A DNA stretch of 64,000 nt from Pirellulales bacterium (GTDB lineage Bacteria > Planctomycetota > Planctomycetia > Pirellulales > JADZDJ01), in assembly GCA_963716135.1 (NCBI GenBank), contig OY970289.1, positions 33,634-97,633 on the forward strand, written 5' to 3'. The position numbers and the translations under genes were made by a program. Positions 19,570 to 32,213 of the stretch are shown one piece after another; the first letter of the stretch is position 1; every line of letters begins with the position of its first letter. The notes below the pieces were generated by a model. The model was not told the DNA's origin. It did no database searches and saw nothing but the letters and a program-made list of their open reading frames with translations.

Positions 19570-20832
19570 ATGGGAATGTTTAGCGAAGTGCATTGCTGCC
19601 GCATCTGTGGCAACCCCAGTCTGCGGCCCATTATTTCGTTGGGACTGCAAGCACTGACCGGAGTGTTTCCCAAGCATCGTTCCCAAAACCTCACCGTCGG
19701 TCCGCTCGACCTGGTGCGTTGCGCGGTAGATGATCCCGCCAAACACTGCGGCTTGGTGCAACTGGCGCATTCCTACGAGCCCAGCGAAATCTACGGCGAC
19801 GACTACGGCTATCGGTCCGGCCTGAATCGCTCGATGGCCGAGCACTTGCGAGCCAAGGTTGCACGGCTCTTGAAAATGGCTTCGGTGGAATCGATCGATC
19901 TGGTGCTCGATATTGGCTCCAACGACGGCACGATGCTGGGCTTCTATCCGGAAAATGGCGCTACGCTGGTGGGCATCGATCCCAGCGCCAAGAAATTCGC
20001 GAATTATTACAAACCTCACATTCATCGAATTCCGGAATTGTTTTCGGCCGCCGTGGTGCGTGACAAGTTTCCCGGCCGAAGGGCCAAAATCGTGACCTCC
20101 ATTGCCATGTTCTACGACCTGGAAGAGCCGGAAGAATTTATCCGGCAAGTGGCCTCGATTTTAGCCGACGACGGCATCTGGCATCTGGAACAAAGTTATC
20201 TGCCTTTGATGCTCCGCACGAATGCCTACGACACGATCTGTCACGAGCACATCGAATACTACGCCCTGCGGCAAATGGATCTCATGATGTCGCGCAACTC
20301 GCTCAAAATCATCGATGTATCGCTCAACGACGTCAACGGCGGAAGCCTCGCGCTGACCGTGGCCAAGGCCCAAGCGCCGTACGCCCAAAACCAGCCGGCG
20401 ATCGACGAATTGCTTCGCCAGGAGGATGACTTGGGGCTGAACTCAGCTCGCCCCTTCGACGAATTCAAAGTCAATGTGCTGCGCCACCGCGAAGAACTGC
20501 TCGCTTTGCTGGCCAAGCTCAAGGCGCAGGGGAAAACAGTCCTGGGCTACGGCGCGTCCACTAAGGGGAACGTCATCCTGCAGTTTTGCGGCATATCTTC
20601 CGCCGATCTGCCGGCGATTGCCGAGGTCAACGAAGACAAGTTCGGATCATTTACCCCCGGCACATTGATTCCAATCATCTCGGAGGCGGAAGCCCACGCG
20701 ATGCGTCCCGACTACTTGCTGATGATGCCCTGGCACTTCCGCCGAAACCTGCTGGAGCGTGAGCAAGAGTTTCTTCGGCGCGGAGGCAAGGTTATCTTTC
20801 CGCTGCCAAAGATTGAAATCGTCGGAGCGTGA
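19570..20832 (+). CDS. NDP-sugar C-methyltransferase (TylCIII/NovU-like, Zn-binding)
   Basis: CRICG...CGLVQL, YGYRSG, DIGSNDG, DTICHEH, GYGASTKGN, PWHF. Confidence 0.9.
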   Translation: MGMFSEVHCCRICGNPSLRPIISLGLQALTGVFPKHRSQNLTVGPLDLVRCAVDDPAKHCGLVQLAHSYEPSEIYGDDYGYRSGLNRSMAEHLRAKVARLLKMASVESIDLVLDIGSNDGTMLGFYPENGATLVGIDPSAKKFANYYKPHIHRIPELFSAAVVRDKFPGRRAKIVTSIAMFYDLEEPEEFIRQVASILADDGIWHLEQSYLPLMLRTNAYDTICHEHIEYYALRQMDLMMSRNSLKIIDVSLNDVNGGSLALTVAKAQAPYAQNQPAIDELLRQEDDLGLNSARPFDEFKVNVLRHREELLALLAKLKAQGKTVLGYGASTKGNVILQFCGISSADLPAIAEVNEDKFGSFTPGTLIPIISEAEAHAMRPDYLLMMPWHFRRNLLEREQEFLRRGGKVIFPLPKIEIVGA

Positions 20833-21021
20833 ACTTTGCCCCGGCGCGCTCGCGATCGCCGCGTGTCACGCCAGCGCAACAAAAACCGGCCGCTTGAGCG
20901 TGCCTTTGCTTGCGACGGCAACAATCGCTTCGTTTTGCAATCGTTCCGCGCCAATGGCCAACGTTCAAGCGGCCGGTGGTCTAATTCGATCGCCGCGCGG
21001 CGCTGCGCGCCGTGCGCCTTC

Positions 21022-21355
21022 TTAGGCCATCGCCTTCAACTGCTTCAGAGGCCGCACCTTGATTTTCGTGCTGGCCGGCTTGGCCGCCACGTCCATCAAT
21101 TCGCCGGGCTTAAACGGATTGGGCACGCCCTTGCGCCGGCCGTGCCGGAACTTTCTTCTTTTCGATTTTCACCAGACCCGGTATGGCGAACACGCCAGGG
21201 CCTTTACTTCCCATGGCCTTCTTGATTTCGTTACCGAGCGCTTCGAGCACGGCACTCACGTCCTTCTTGTTGACGCCTGTAGCCTCGGCGACATTGGCCA
21301 GAATCTCACTTTTCGACGGCGATTTTTTGGATGACATGGTAGCAGCCTTCCCCAT
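21022..21355 (-). CDS. hup: HU-family DNA-binding protein, indel ~21134
   Basis: KSEILANVAEATGVNKKDV...FAIPGLVKI..VPARPA[R]KGVPNPF...KPASTKIKVRPLK. Confidence 0.9.
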
Positions 21356-22008
21356 AGTGTTTGACCCTCCTTGCAAAGTACTAGGAAAACGTTCGTTCGT
21401 CCGACGTACGGAACGTGCTGATTTAATCGCGCCGCGGCGAAATTTCAATCCTAGCAGGCCCCAATTTCAGCCAAATTCGCGGAAAAATCAATCTTCAGCT
21501 CATCGCGCCCGGAAATTGCCGAGACGCTCGGTCAACGGTTTCCCACACTAGTGCGTCCGTGGCAAGCCTTTCAGCTTGCCGACGCCAGCAACGGCGGCGA
21601 ACCGTGAACCCGATTTTGCTAGGGCAATATAGGTCATTCCGCGAACTTATTGCAGTGCAACCGCGAAGATTCTGTAGGGGCCCTAGGGTCATCCCGACTT
21701 TAGCGGTTAGACGGCCCAGCGTTGCTCGAAGCCTTAACTATGCGAATCAAGTTCGCACAACCGCCAAGGGGCGCAAGTCGATTGCCGACCTCACAGGCAT
21801 CGTGTAAGATACACTGTAGCATTAACTTACGGCATGGAAATCGATCGCCGTTCGCGCTCGGTTGCAAGAGAGTACTGGCGGCAACAGGGCTGGAATTGTG
21901 CGCCCGCTTGAAATTGCTGGGCTCACCCATGAACTTCCACGCTGCCTGTCGCGACTAAATTTCGCAGCCCGAACGTCCATTGGGGCAGCCCACCCGGAAC
22001 CACCATCA

Positions 22009-25000
22009 ATGCAGTGGAAATCGCCTAAGTGGCTGCGAATCGGGCTTTGGGCGATGGTCGCTTTGGCCGTCGGGTCCACGTTTCTGGGCCTGCTTCGGCT
22101 GACCACCCGCCAGGCGGCAGCCCAGTTGCAAATCGGCCCCAATGTCCGGATTCGCTTCGGCGCCCAGCCCCCAACCCAGACCAGCGATGTGGGCGAGGGG
22201 GTCTTTTTGCCGATCGACCGCGAAACGACTCGCCATTGGGAAAAGGCGAAGCGATTGTTCGACGAGGGGCACTTCAGCGACGCCGCCGTATTGTTGGACG
22301 AAATCCTAAAGCGCGACGAAGATTTCTTTTTCAAGCCCGACGACGACAAGCCCACGCTCCGGAGTCTCAAGGTCGAAGCGCAGCGCCTGATCGGCGCCAT
22401 GCCACCCGACGGGCTGCAAGCGTATCAACTGCAATTTGGCGCCACGGCGCAGCAAATGTTGAACGCCGCGATCGCTTCGGGCGATGCCAAGGCGTTGGAA
22501 GAAATCACGCGGCGCTTCTTTCACACACAGGCCGGATACGAAGCCGCGCTCGTTCTCGGACGGCACTTGTTGGATCACGGCGACCCGTTGGCGGCGGCGC
22601 TGTGCTTCCAGCGTCTAGCCGAGACTCCGCTGGCTGCCGCGCAATTCGAGCCCGAGCTGTCAGTGCTCCTGGCCACGTGCTGGCTGCGCCGGCCAGTCAG
22701 ACCGCGCCGAGGAAGTTTTAGTGGCTCTGAAAAAGAAACAGCCCAATGCCACCATTCGCGTCGCCGACAAGAAAGTGAAACTGTTCTCCGACGATCGCCA
22801 GGCCGTCGATTGGTTGACCGCGCAACTTGGCGCCGTGCCGCCGGTCAAAAACGAAGACGCCGACAATTGGGAGCTCTACCGCGGCAACCCGGCGCGAAAC
22901 GCCGCCAGCCCGGGCGGCATTCCTCTGTTGAATCCGCGGTGGCGCGTGTCGACGACGACGCACCCGATTTTGGAAAAAGCGCTTGCCGACCTGCGGCAAC
23001 AATACATCGAACAGCAAGTGGCCTTCTTGCCGGCGATGCATCCCTTGGCCGTGGGAAATCTGATTCTCATGCCCACCGCCCGCGACGTGTTGGCCGTCGA
23101 TTTGGAAACCGGCAAGCGGCTCTGGCCAATTCGGGGCTCCAACGACAACTCGCTGGAACAACTGCTCACGTCGTCCAACGGATCTCCGCGCATCGACGTG
23201 CAGACCAATCCTTGGCTCACAGAACGCTTCTGGTGGGATGTCACCCGCGGCACGCTGGCCAGCGACGGCCGGCAAGTCTATCTGATCAAGGATCCTGGCA
23301 GCCCTTCCGCTTCGGCGCCGGCGAATCCGGCCGTCCCGATGTTCCGCCGGCGTCCGTTCAATGTGCCCACCGACGTCCAGGTGCAAAGCAACAAGCTTTT
23401 TGCGTGCGAATTGCGCACCCAGGGAAAATTGAAGTGGGAAATCGGCGGGCCCAGCGGCGAAGAAGAACCGAAACTGGCCGGCGCATATTTCCTGGGTCCT
23501 CCGTTACCGCTGCAGGACAAACTGTACGTGCTGGCGGAAATCAAAGGCGAAATTAAGCTCTGTGCGCTCGATCCCGCCAATGGCCATCTCGATTGGTCGC
23601 AGCAATTGGCCGTGGTTGAATCGAACGTTCAGCAAGATCCGCTGCGGCGTCTGGTCGGTTGCTCTCCTAGTTTTGCCGACGGCGTGTTGGTGTGTCCGAC
23701 GTCGGCCGGCGCCGTAGTCGCCGTCGATATCATCAATCGTTCGCTGTTGTGGGCATATCTATATCCGCGCACCACTCAGAACAACCCGCAAAATCCAATC
23801 ATCATTCGCGGGCCGGCAGTTGTCTTCGCCGCCGATGCGGCCGGCAATCCGTTGGAACGCTGGATCGACGCCGGCGCGACGATCGCCGACGGCTGCGTGC
23901 TGATTACGCCCCCGGAGTCGCACGAGTTGCACTGCGTGCGCCTGTCGGATGGCCAGCCGGTCTGGCGCAAGCCTGTCGAGCGCGGCGACAATTTGTACGT
24001 GGCCTGCGTCCACCAGGGCAACGTGATCCTTGTCGGCAAGCACCAACTGACCGCGGTGAAGCTCGCCGACGGCAAGCCGGCGTGGAACGGCAATTCGCTC
24101 GAACTTCCAGAAGGCGTGATGCCCAGCGGCCGCGGTTTCCAAAGCGACAACGATTATTACTTGCCGCTGACCTCCGCCGAGGTCGCGAAAATCGATTTGC
24201 AGATCGGCAAATTCACCGCCTGGGCAAAATCGCACAAAGGCGCGATTCCGGGAAATCTGATCTGCAGCCACGGACAGGTTGTTTCGCAAGGCGTCGATTA
24301 TCTGGAGTCGTTCTTCCAGCTCAAGCCGCTGGAGGATCGGATCGCCAAGGCGCTCAAAAAGAATCCGGACGATGCCTGGGCGCTTGCGCATCGCGGCGAA
24401 ATCGCCCTGGACGACGGCCGACTGAACGACGCCTTGGCCGATATCCGACATTCCTACAAGGTCGATCCCGATTCGTTCACTCGCGACCTGCTGATCGAAA
24501 CGCTGACGACGGCGCTGGCGAAAGATTTCACCGGCAATCGCGACGCGGTCGGCGAGCTGGAAAGCCTGGTCCAGCTCGATCGCCAGCGGGCGGCGTATCT
24601 CCGCGTATTGGCCAGCGGCTTGCAAAAAACAGGCGATCGGCTTGGCGCGATGGACGCTTACTTGAAATTAGCGTCGCTGGATTCGCCGGAGGAAACCGAG
24701 GACGTCGATTCCACGCTATCCGTTGCCCGCGACCGCTGGGTCCGCGCCCGCTTCGATGCGCTCCTGGCCGAAGCGTCGGCCGCGGAACGCAAGAAGATCG
24801 ACGCCGCAATCGAAAAGCAGTTGAACACGATATTGGCGGCCAAGGATCCAGACGCGCTCGAAAAATTCTTGACCACTTTCGGCGATCACCCGGCGGCGGA
24901 TCGGGCCCGCGAGGCGCTCGTCGCCCAAAGCGCCGAGAGCCAACCTCCCTTGGTTCGCGAACAACTGCTGCGCACTTTGGAGCGATCGCCCGATCCGGCC

Positions 25001-26755
25001 CGCCGCAAAGCCGCCATGGCAAAAATGGCCGATCTGCTGCGCAGCACCGGCCACGACGACGACGCCCGGCTCTATTATCGCAAATTGCAGGCGGAGTTCG
25101 CCGACCAGCCCGTGCTCGACGGAAAGAACGTGAAGCAACTGCTGGCCGAACTGCCCGCCGATTCGCCCCTGCGGTCGGCCGAATCCGCCGCGGCGGATTG
25201 GCCCTTGGGCGAAGTGCTCGTCGAGAAGAGCGGCGTCAAGCAGCAGCGGATGCCGGGCTTCCGCGTCAACTCGAATCTGGAATTGCGCGGATCGCGCGAT
25301 CCCTTTTTCCGAGACCTGACGCTCGATTTCGATCAGCAGCGGATGGAACTCGTCGGGAGCGACGGGCTGGGTCAAGAACGTTTCCGGCAGCCGTTGAACG
25401 AAGGGGGCCGGATGCCGAACTTTTTCGGCAACCCCAACGGCTTGCCCTATTATGCCACGACCGACGGTCATCTCATCGTAGTCTGCCTCGGGATGCAAGC
25501 CATTGCGGTCGACACGCTGCGCACGCCCAACGGCACGAACCGCGTGCTCTGGATGCAAACGCTAACCGATCCGTTCGTTTCGCCCTATAACTTCGGCGGC
25601 GTCACCTTCCCGCAGATGCAGTTGCCCTGGGGCGGCCGGCGAACCGTGATGAAGCTGCAAAATCAATTCCTCGGCAACGTCGGACCGTGCACCGCCAACG
25701 GCGTCTGCATTCAGCAGGGGCGCGAAGTGACCTGCCTCGACAGCATTACCGGCAAGGTGCAATGGGTGCGCCACGGAGTGACGCCAGGCAGCGAAATCTT
25801 CGGCGACGACGAATACACTTTGCTTGCGCCTCCTTCCGATGCCCCCGGCGGCGGCAATGCCTTGGTATTGCGCACAATCGATGGCGAGTTGCTCGGCAAA
25901 CGCCCCGTTCCGCCGGCCGAAGGGCGCTGGACCACTGTCGGTCGCTGCGTGCTAACCTGGCGCACCACCGCGGGCAACAAAGTGCTGATCGCATTGAATG
26001 ACCCTTGGACGCAGCGCGATGTTTGGTCGCAAACGGTCGCTCCCGGTTCTAAAGGCGACCTCGTGGGGGACGACTCCGCGGCCGTCATGCAACCCGACGG
26101 CAGGTTTATGATGATTCGCCTCTCCGACGGCAACAAAATCATCGATGAAAAACTGGAAAGCGAATCGAACTTGCAAACGATTCACGTCATGCGCTCCGCC
26201 GCGCAAGACATTCTGGTCACCAACCGCGTTTACATCAACGCGCATCCTCAGCAGCGCGTCGTGCAAATGCCCCAGCCGTACAATGATCCTTACTGGCTGC
26301 CGGTGACGGGCCGGGTGTATGCCTTCGATCGAACCACGGGCAAGCAGCAGTGGTCCGCTCCCGCTGCCATCGAACAGCACGGCCTGGCCCTCAACGCCCC
26401 GCCGGAGCTGCCGGTGCTCGTCTTCCTGCGGACGATCGTCGTCAACCAGAATCAACAGCATGCCTCGGTGCTGTGCCTCGACAAGCGCACCGGGCGCGCC
26501 GTGTACGACGATGACGATTTGCCGCAAGCGGTTCAGACCTACGATCTCACCGGCGATGCGAAAGATAAAACGGTGACGGTCGTGGCGGCTCCGTCGCAAT
26601 CGATCACTTTGAAATTCACCGATTCGCCGGTCCCGCCCGAGCCGCCGTATCAGGCCGGGCTGTTCGACAAACCCAAGCGGATTAAAGCCGAAGCGCTGTT
26701 TAATGCCATTCGCAGCCGCTTCCCGATTTTCGATTCCGACGACTCGTCGCGCTAA
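22009..26755 (+). CDS. Large PQQ-like beta-propeller repeat/TPR protein, indel ~22688
   Basis: FFHTQAGYEA, WELYRGNPARN, AVDLETGKRLW, FLGPPLP, repeated D..TG..W blades, and a TPR-like central region. Confidence 0.85.
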
Positions 26756-26760
26756 CGCCG

Positions 26761-27812
26761 ATGCCCCCTAATATGCTTTGCCGCCTCCGACCGACGCTTC
26801 TGCTGCTGATTTTCGCCGCCTGGTGCGGCGAGATCATCCCGTGCGCGCCACCGAGAAGCCGGAGCCCCGCTTGCAGCACGTCATTTCGCGCGGGCTGGAT
26901 TGGATCGCCAACAGCCAATCGCGCTTGGGCCACTGGTCGGCCAACGACGGCCGCTACTCCACCGCCATGACGGCGCTGGCCGGCATCGCGCTTTTGCAGG
27001 AAGGATCGACCACCACGCAGGGCAAGTATGCGCTGAACATCCGCCGCGCGGTCGACTATCTCTGCAGCCGCAGCCGCTCCAACGGACTGATCGGCGAGAC
27101 GCGCGACGACCGCTATACCTACGGCCACGGCTACTCGATGCTGTTCCTCTCGCAGGTTTTGGGCGAAGAGGAAGACGAAGCGCGCCGCAAGGAACTGATC
27201 AACGTGCTGACCAAAGCCGTCGAATTCTGCGGCCGGGCGCAGACTGCCGATGGAGGCTGGGGCTATGTCAGCGCCAAAGACGGCGGCGGTTTCGACGAAG
27301 GCTCCACCACCATCACCCAGGTCCAAGGTTTACGCGGCTGCCGCAACGCCGGCATCCCGGTGCCCAAGGAAATCATCGAAAAGGCGATCAAATATATTCA
27401 CAAATGCACGCTCGAAGAGGGCGCTGTGCAGTACAGTTCCAAGGGGGGTGGGCCGCGGCCGGCCATCACCGCCGCCGCCATCGCCTGCCTGTACAACGCC
27501 GGCGATTACGACGACAAGTTTGTCCCCAAAATGTTGAAGTACGCGGAAAGCAACCTGAACAATATTTCCAATCAAGGTTTCGGCCATTGGCACTATGCCC
27601 ACTACTACTATGCCCAAGTGATGTACCGCGAAGGGGGCGATAAGTGGGACAAATACCGCGATCAAATTTATTCGCGCTTGATGAACGAGTCGGCCGAAGA
27701 CAAAAGCGGAGTTTATTGGACCCAGGGATACGTCGGCACCATATATACCACGGCCATCAACCTCACGATTTTGCAACTCGATAGAAACATCCTGCCCATA
27801 TATCAACGATAA
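26761..27812 (+). CDS. Secreted prenyltransferase/squalene-oxidase repeat (alpha/alpha toroid) protein, indel ~26846
   Basis: RGLDWIA.SQ...GHW, YGHGY, AQTADGGWGY, LRGCRNAGIPVP, YAHYY; signal peptide lies in the upstream frame. Confidence 0.85.
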
Positions 27813-27813
27813 A

Positions 27814-27910
27814 AAATGACTGAATGACTAAATGACTGAATGTCTAAATGTGCGTTCCTCAGAATCACTCTTTTGTTTAGTCATTTAGACATTTAGTCAT
27901 TCAGACATTT
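27814..27910. repeat. Octamer inverted tandem repeat (AATGACT(A/G))
   Basis: aatgactg aatgacta aatgactg aatgtcta ... tagtcatt tagacatt tagtcatt cagacatt. Confidence 0.9.
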
Positions 27911-27926
27911 CCCAGGAACTTCCCGC

Positions 27927-28979
27927 ATGACCGAAAGCATCATCGCCCACCACTCCGCCGCCATCAGCAAGCTCAACGAGGCGCGCGAAAAAATATTTCA
28001 GCAGCTCTCGCAGGTCATCGTCGGCCAGAACCAGGTCATCGAGGAACTGCTGATCTCGCTGTTCAGCCGCAGCCATTGTTTGCTCGAAGGCGTGCCGGGA
28101 CTGGCCAAAACATTGATGATCAGCACGCTGGCCCGAGCGCTGAATCTTTCGTTCAGCCGCATCCAGTTCACGCCCGACCTGATGCCCGCCGACATTACCG
28201 GCACGGAAATCATCGAAGAGAATCGCACCACCGGCAGCCGCGAGTTCCGCTTCCTGGAAGGACCGCTGTTCGCCAACATCATTCTCGCCGACGAAATCAA
28301 CCGCACGCCCCCCAAAACTCAGGCGGCTCTTTTGGAAGCGATGCAAGAGCGGCAAGTGACCGTGGGCCGCGTGCGGCATCCGCTGGCCGATCCGTTTTTC
28401 GTGCTCGCCACGCAAAACCCCATCGAGCAGGAAGGCACGTATCCGCTGCCCGAGGCCCAGCAAGATCGCTTCATGTTCAAAATCTTCGTCAAGTATCCGA
28501 GCTTCGGCGAAGAATTTGAAATCGCCCGCCGCACCACCGCGCTGATGACCGACGACGTGGCGCCGGTGCTTTCGGATGAAGAAATCATCGATCTGCAGCG
28601 TCTGGTGCGCGAGGTGCCCGTCAGCGATCACGTGATCCAATACACCTTGTCGCTGGTGCGGCAAACCCGCGTCGGCGAAGCGGGCGTTCCGGAATTCATC
28701 ACCGATCAATTGGCCTGGGGCGCCGGCCCGCGCGCCGTGCAATTCCTCATCCTCGGCGGCAAGGCCCGCGCGCTGCTGCACGGCCGCACCCACGTTTCCA
28801 CCGACGACATTCAAGCCCTCGCCAAGCCGGTGCTGCGCCATCGCCTGGTTGTGAACTTCGCCGCCGAAAGCGAAGGCATCGGTCCCGACGACGTCGTCGA
28901 TCGCCTGCTGCAAATCACCCCCACTAAAGAAGACGAACTGACCTCCGACGCGCGCTTCCGCAAGATCTTCGCGTCGTAA
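27927..28979 (+). CDS. MoxR-family AAA+ ATPase
   Basis: [68 protein letters not shown]. Confidence 0.97.
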   Translation: MTESIIAHHSAAISKLNEAREKIFQQLSQVIVGQNQVIEELLISLFSRSHCLLEGVPGLAKTLMISTLARALNLSFSRIQFTPDLMPADITGTEIIEENRTTGSREFRFLEGPLFANIILADEINRTPPKTQAALLEAMQERQVTVGRVRHPLADPFFVLATQNPIEQEGTYPLPEAQQDRFMFKIFVKYPSFGEEFEIARRTTALMTDDVAPVLSDEEIIDLQRLVREVPVSDHVIQYTLSLVRQTRVGEAGVPEFITDQLAWGAGPRAVQFLILGGKARALLHGRTHVSTDDIQALAKPVLRHRLVVNFAAESEGIGPDDVVDRLLQITPTKEDELTSDARFRKIFAS

Positions 28980-28985
28980 TCAATC

Positions 28986-29060
28986 GGGTTTCGAGTTTCG
29001 GGTTTCGAGTCTCGAGTTGCAGCGCCCAAACCCGGAACTCGGAACTCGAAACTCGGAACT
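28986..29060. repeat. Heptamer inverted tandem repeat (G(G/A)GTTTC / GAACTC(G))
   Basis: gggtttc gagtttc gggtttc gagtctc ... ggaactc ggaactc gaaactc ggaact. Confidence 0.9.
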
Positions 29061-29066
29061 GATTCG

Positions 29067-29974
29067 ATGGCCATCGCCGACACCAAACGCTTCCTGCACC
29101 CCGAGGCCATCAAACGCATCTCGCGCCTCGATCTGCGGGCGCGCCACATCGTCGAAGGCTATCTGGCCGGCCTGCACCACAGCCCGTACTTCGGCCAGTC
29201 GGTCGAATTTCTGCAGCACCGCGAATACACGCACGGCGACGATCTGCGGCACGTCGATTGGAAAGTCTGGGCCAAGCAGGATCGGCTCTACGTCAAGCAG
29301 TACGAGGAAGAAACCAACCTGCGTGCCACGCTATTGGTCGATATCTCGCACAGCATGCAGTACGGCCGCGGCGCGCTGAATAAATATGAATACGCCTGCA
29401 CCGCCGCCGTGAGCCTCGGCTACTTGCTGTTGCGGCAGCAAGATGCGGTGGGCTGCATTGCCTTTGACGAGGCCATGCGCGCTGCCGTGCCGCTGCGCAC
29501 CAAGCGGACGCATCTCAACTCGATCATCCAATCGCTGGCCGCCAGCGCGCCGAAGCACAAGACCGACCTGCAGCACATTCTGCGTTACGCGGCCGAAAGT
29601 TCGCGCACCGGGGAATGATCATCCTCATTTCCGACCTGCTTGCGCCCCGGCCGGGATTTGTCAAAGGAATCAAGCTCCTTCGCCAGCGCGGCCACGACGT
29701 GATGGTGCTCCACATTCTCGACGACGACGAGCTGGATTTCCCCTTCGCCGGCCCAACGCGCTTCGAAGGCCTGGAATTGCCGGAACACCTCACCTGCAAC
29801 CCGCGCGCGTTGCGCGAAGGATACCTGCAGGCACTGGGGGTCTACCTGGAGGAAATCCGCCGCACCTGCGCCAAAAATGAGTGCGACTACAAGCTGGTGC
29901 GCACGAGCGATCCCTTGGACGCCGTGTTGGCCCACTTCATCAGCAACCGCCAAGCGAAGCAGCGCGGAGGGTAG
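29067..29974 (+). CDS. DUF58 family protein, indel ~29601
   Basis: GLHHSPYFGQSVEFLQHREYTHGDDLRHVDWK, KQYEEETN, DISHSM, ILISD. Confidence 0.92.
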
Positions 29975-29986
29975 AGGTCAATCGAA

Positions 29987-32212
29987 ATGCCGTCTTTCCT
30001 CTATCCATTGCCGATCGCCATCGTCGGCGGCCTGATCGCGCTGCCGATCGCGATCCATCTGATCAACCTCATGCGCCATCGCAAGGTGCAATGGGCGGCG
30101 ATGGAGTTTCTGCTCACCAGCCAAAAGCGTAATCGCACCTGGGTCATGCTCAAGCAACTGCTGTTGTTGCTATTGCGCGTGGCCGCCATCGCCGGCGCCG
30201 TGCTGCTGGTCACCCAACCGATCGTGCAAAACAAGCTCGGCGGCCTCTTCGGCGGCAACAAGCTGCACCACATCGTGCTGTTGGACGACAGCTTTTCCAT
30301 GTCCGACAGTTGGGCCGGCACCACCGCGTTTGATGAAGCCAAGGGCGTCATCCAGCGCCTGGGCACACAGGCCGCGCAACAGCCTGCGCGCCAGGAATTC
30401 ACGCTGCTGCGCTTCTCGCAGGCCAGCCGGCCGCAGCGCGGCACGCAAGACGATCTGGCAAAAGTCGTCGTGGACGAGGAATTTCCCAAGACGCTCGAGC
30501 AGGCCCTGCAGAAATTGCACGTTTCGCAGCTTTCCGTCGGCCCGGCCGACGCCCTGCAGGCCGCCGCGCAAATGGTCGGCGACAAAAGCGATTCCAACAA
30601 CGTGGTGTATCTCGTGAGCGATTTCCGCGCCAAGGATTGGACCGCCCCGAAGGCGCTCGAAAAGCTGTTGCAAAAGCTAAATTCCCAGGGCGTGCAGGTG
30701 CAGCTCGTGAATTGCGTCGATGCGATGCGCCCGAACCTGGCGATCACCGCGCTAAAACCTGCCGGCGGAATCCGCGCCGCCGGCGTGCCGTTGGAAATGG
30801 AAGTCAACGTGCACAACTTCGGGCCCACACCGGTCAGAAATCTGTCCGTGCGCCTGGAAGAGCAGGGCATCCAGCGCCCCGCCATCGAGATCGACAAAAT
30901 CGACGCGGGCCGCAGCGTCAAGCGGCAATTTGAAGTCCGCGCGCCCAACGCCGGCCAGCGGCGGATCACCGCGCTATTGCCGCCGGACGCCGTGATGGCG
31001 GATAACTCGCGCGATGCCGTCGTCGATTTTCCCGCCGGCGTGCCGGTGCTCATCGTCGATGGCGGCCTGAAATCCGGAACCGCCCGCGGCGGCGACGGCT
31101 ACTTTCTGCAATCGGTCTTGGCGCAACCGGGCCCGATTCCCACCGGCCTGCGGCCGCGCGTGGAACCTCCGCGCTTCTTGGAAGAACACCCATTGGATGA
31201 ATTCCACACCGTGTATCTGTGCAATGTCGATCGCCTCTCGCAAGCCGCCGTCGAAAAACTCACCAAGTACGTCGAGGCCGGCGGCGGTCTGGCGTTCTTT
31301 TTGGGCGATCAATCGCGCGCCGATTTTCTCAATCGGCTGTATGCCGATGGGAACGGGCTGTTTCCCGCGCCGCTGGAGGCGCCGGTGCCGCTGTTGGTCG
31401 AGCAATCGCAGAAAACGCCCGACCTGGTGATCACCGATCATCCGATCTTCCGCGTGTTTTCCGGTGAAAACAATCCGTTCATCAAGATGGTGAACATTGA
31501 AAAATACTTCGCCGTAAAGAAGGGATGGAAGCCCGCCGAAGGTTCGACGACTGCCGTCATCGCCCGCATTCGCAATGGCGCGCCGCTGGCGATCGAAAAG
31601 AAACTGGGCGAGGGACGCATCGTGGCCTTTCTCACCACCGCCGCGCCGCAATGGAACAATTGGGCCCGCGATAACCCCAGCTTCGTGGTCACGATGCTCG
31701 AACTGCAAAGCTATCTTTCGGCCGCGCACGAAATCGACCCGGGCCGCATCGTCGGCACGCCCTGGGAAGTGAAGGTCGATCCGCAAAAATATCTCGACCA
31801 GGTCGAATTCACCACGCCCGCCGAGGGCACGGCCGAGAAGGTCGTCGTCAAGGCAGTGCCCCAAAACGATGGGCCGTCGCTGGCCAGGCTCGACGACACG
31901 CTCGCCGGCGGCGAATACGACGCGGTGCTCACGCAAAACGACAACACGCAAGACGTCCTCTCGGTGGCCTACAACGTCGATCCGGCGGAAAGCGACTTGA
32001 AGATCGTCTCGCCCGAGCAACTGGCCGCGGAACTGACCGACGTCGCCTATGAATATCATCGCGCCGCCGATCTGTATTTCGATTCCAGCCAACTGCAGGG
32101 CTTCAACCTCAGCGAAACGGTGCTGTACGTGCTGGCCGCATTGCTGATCGGCGAGCAATTGTTGGCCTACTCGGCCAGTTATCATCCCGCGCACAATCAT
32201 GGAGCAAGCTGA
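29987..32212 (+). CDS. BatA-domain/vWA protein
   Basis: N-terminal PIAIHL...WAAMEFL...LLLLLR (BatA), MIDAS DDSFSM, VSDF, GATase-like YVEAGGGL, C-terminal TM. Confidence 0.9.
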   Translation: MPSFLYPLPIAIVGGLIALPIAIHLINLMRHRKVQWAAMEFLLTSQKRNRTWVMLKQLLLLLLRVAAIAGAVLLVTQPIVQNKLGGLFGGNKLHHIVLLDDSFSMSDSWAGTTAFDEAKGVIQRLGTQAAQQPARQEFTLLRFSQASRPQRGTQDDLAKVVVDEEFPKTLEQALQKLHVSQLSVGPADALQAAAQMVGDKSDSNNVVYLVSDFRAKDWTAPKALEKLLQKLNSQGVQVQLVNCVDAMRPNLAITALKPAGGIRAAGVPLEMEVNVHNFGPTPVRNLSVRLEEQGIQRPAIEIDKIDAGRSVKRQFEVRAPNAGQRRITALLPPDAVMADNSRDAVVDFPAGVPVLIVDGGLKSGTARGGDGYFLQSVLAQPGPIPTGLRPRVEPPRFLEEHPLDEFHTVYLCNVDRLSQAAVEKLTKYVEAGGGLAFFLGDQSRADFLNRLYADGNGLFPAPLEAPVPLLVEQSQKTPDLVITDHPIFRVFSGENNPFIKMVNIEKYFAVKKGWKPAEGSTTAVIARIRNGAPLAIEKKLGEGRIVAFLTTAAPQWNNWARDNPSFVVTMLELQSYLSAAHEIDPGRIVGTPWEVKVDPQKYLDQVEFTTPAEGTAEKVVVKAVPQNDGPSLARLDDTLAGGEYDAVLTQNDNTQDVLSVAYNVDPAESDLKIVSPEQLAAELTDVAYEYHRAADLYFDSSQLQGFNLSETVLYVLAALLIGEQLLAYSASYHPAHNHGAS

Positions 32213-32213
32213 C

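Noticed and set aside
26761-27812. Squalene-hopene cyclase or terpene biosynthesis gene
   Set aside because: It has only a single toroid domain with a signal peptide and no DXDD motif, and its context is MoxR/vWA.
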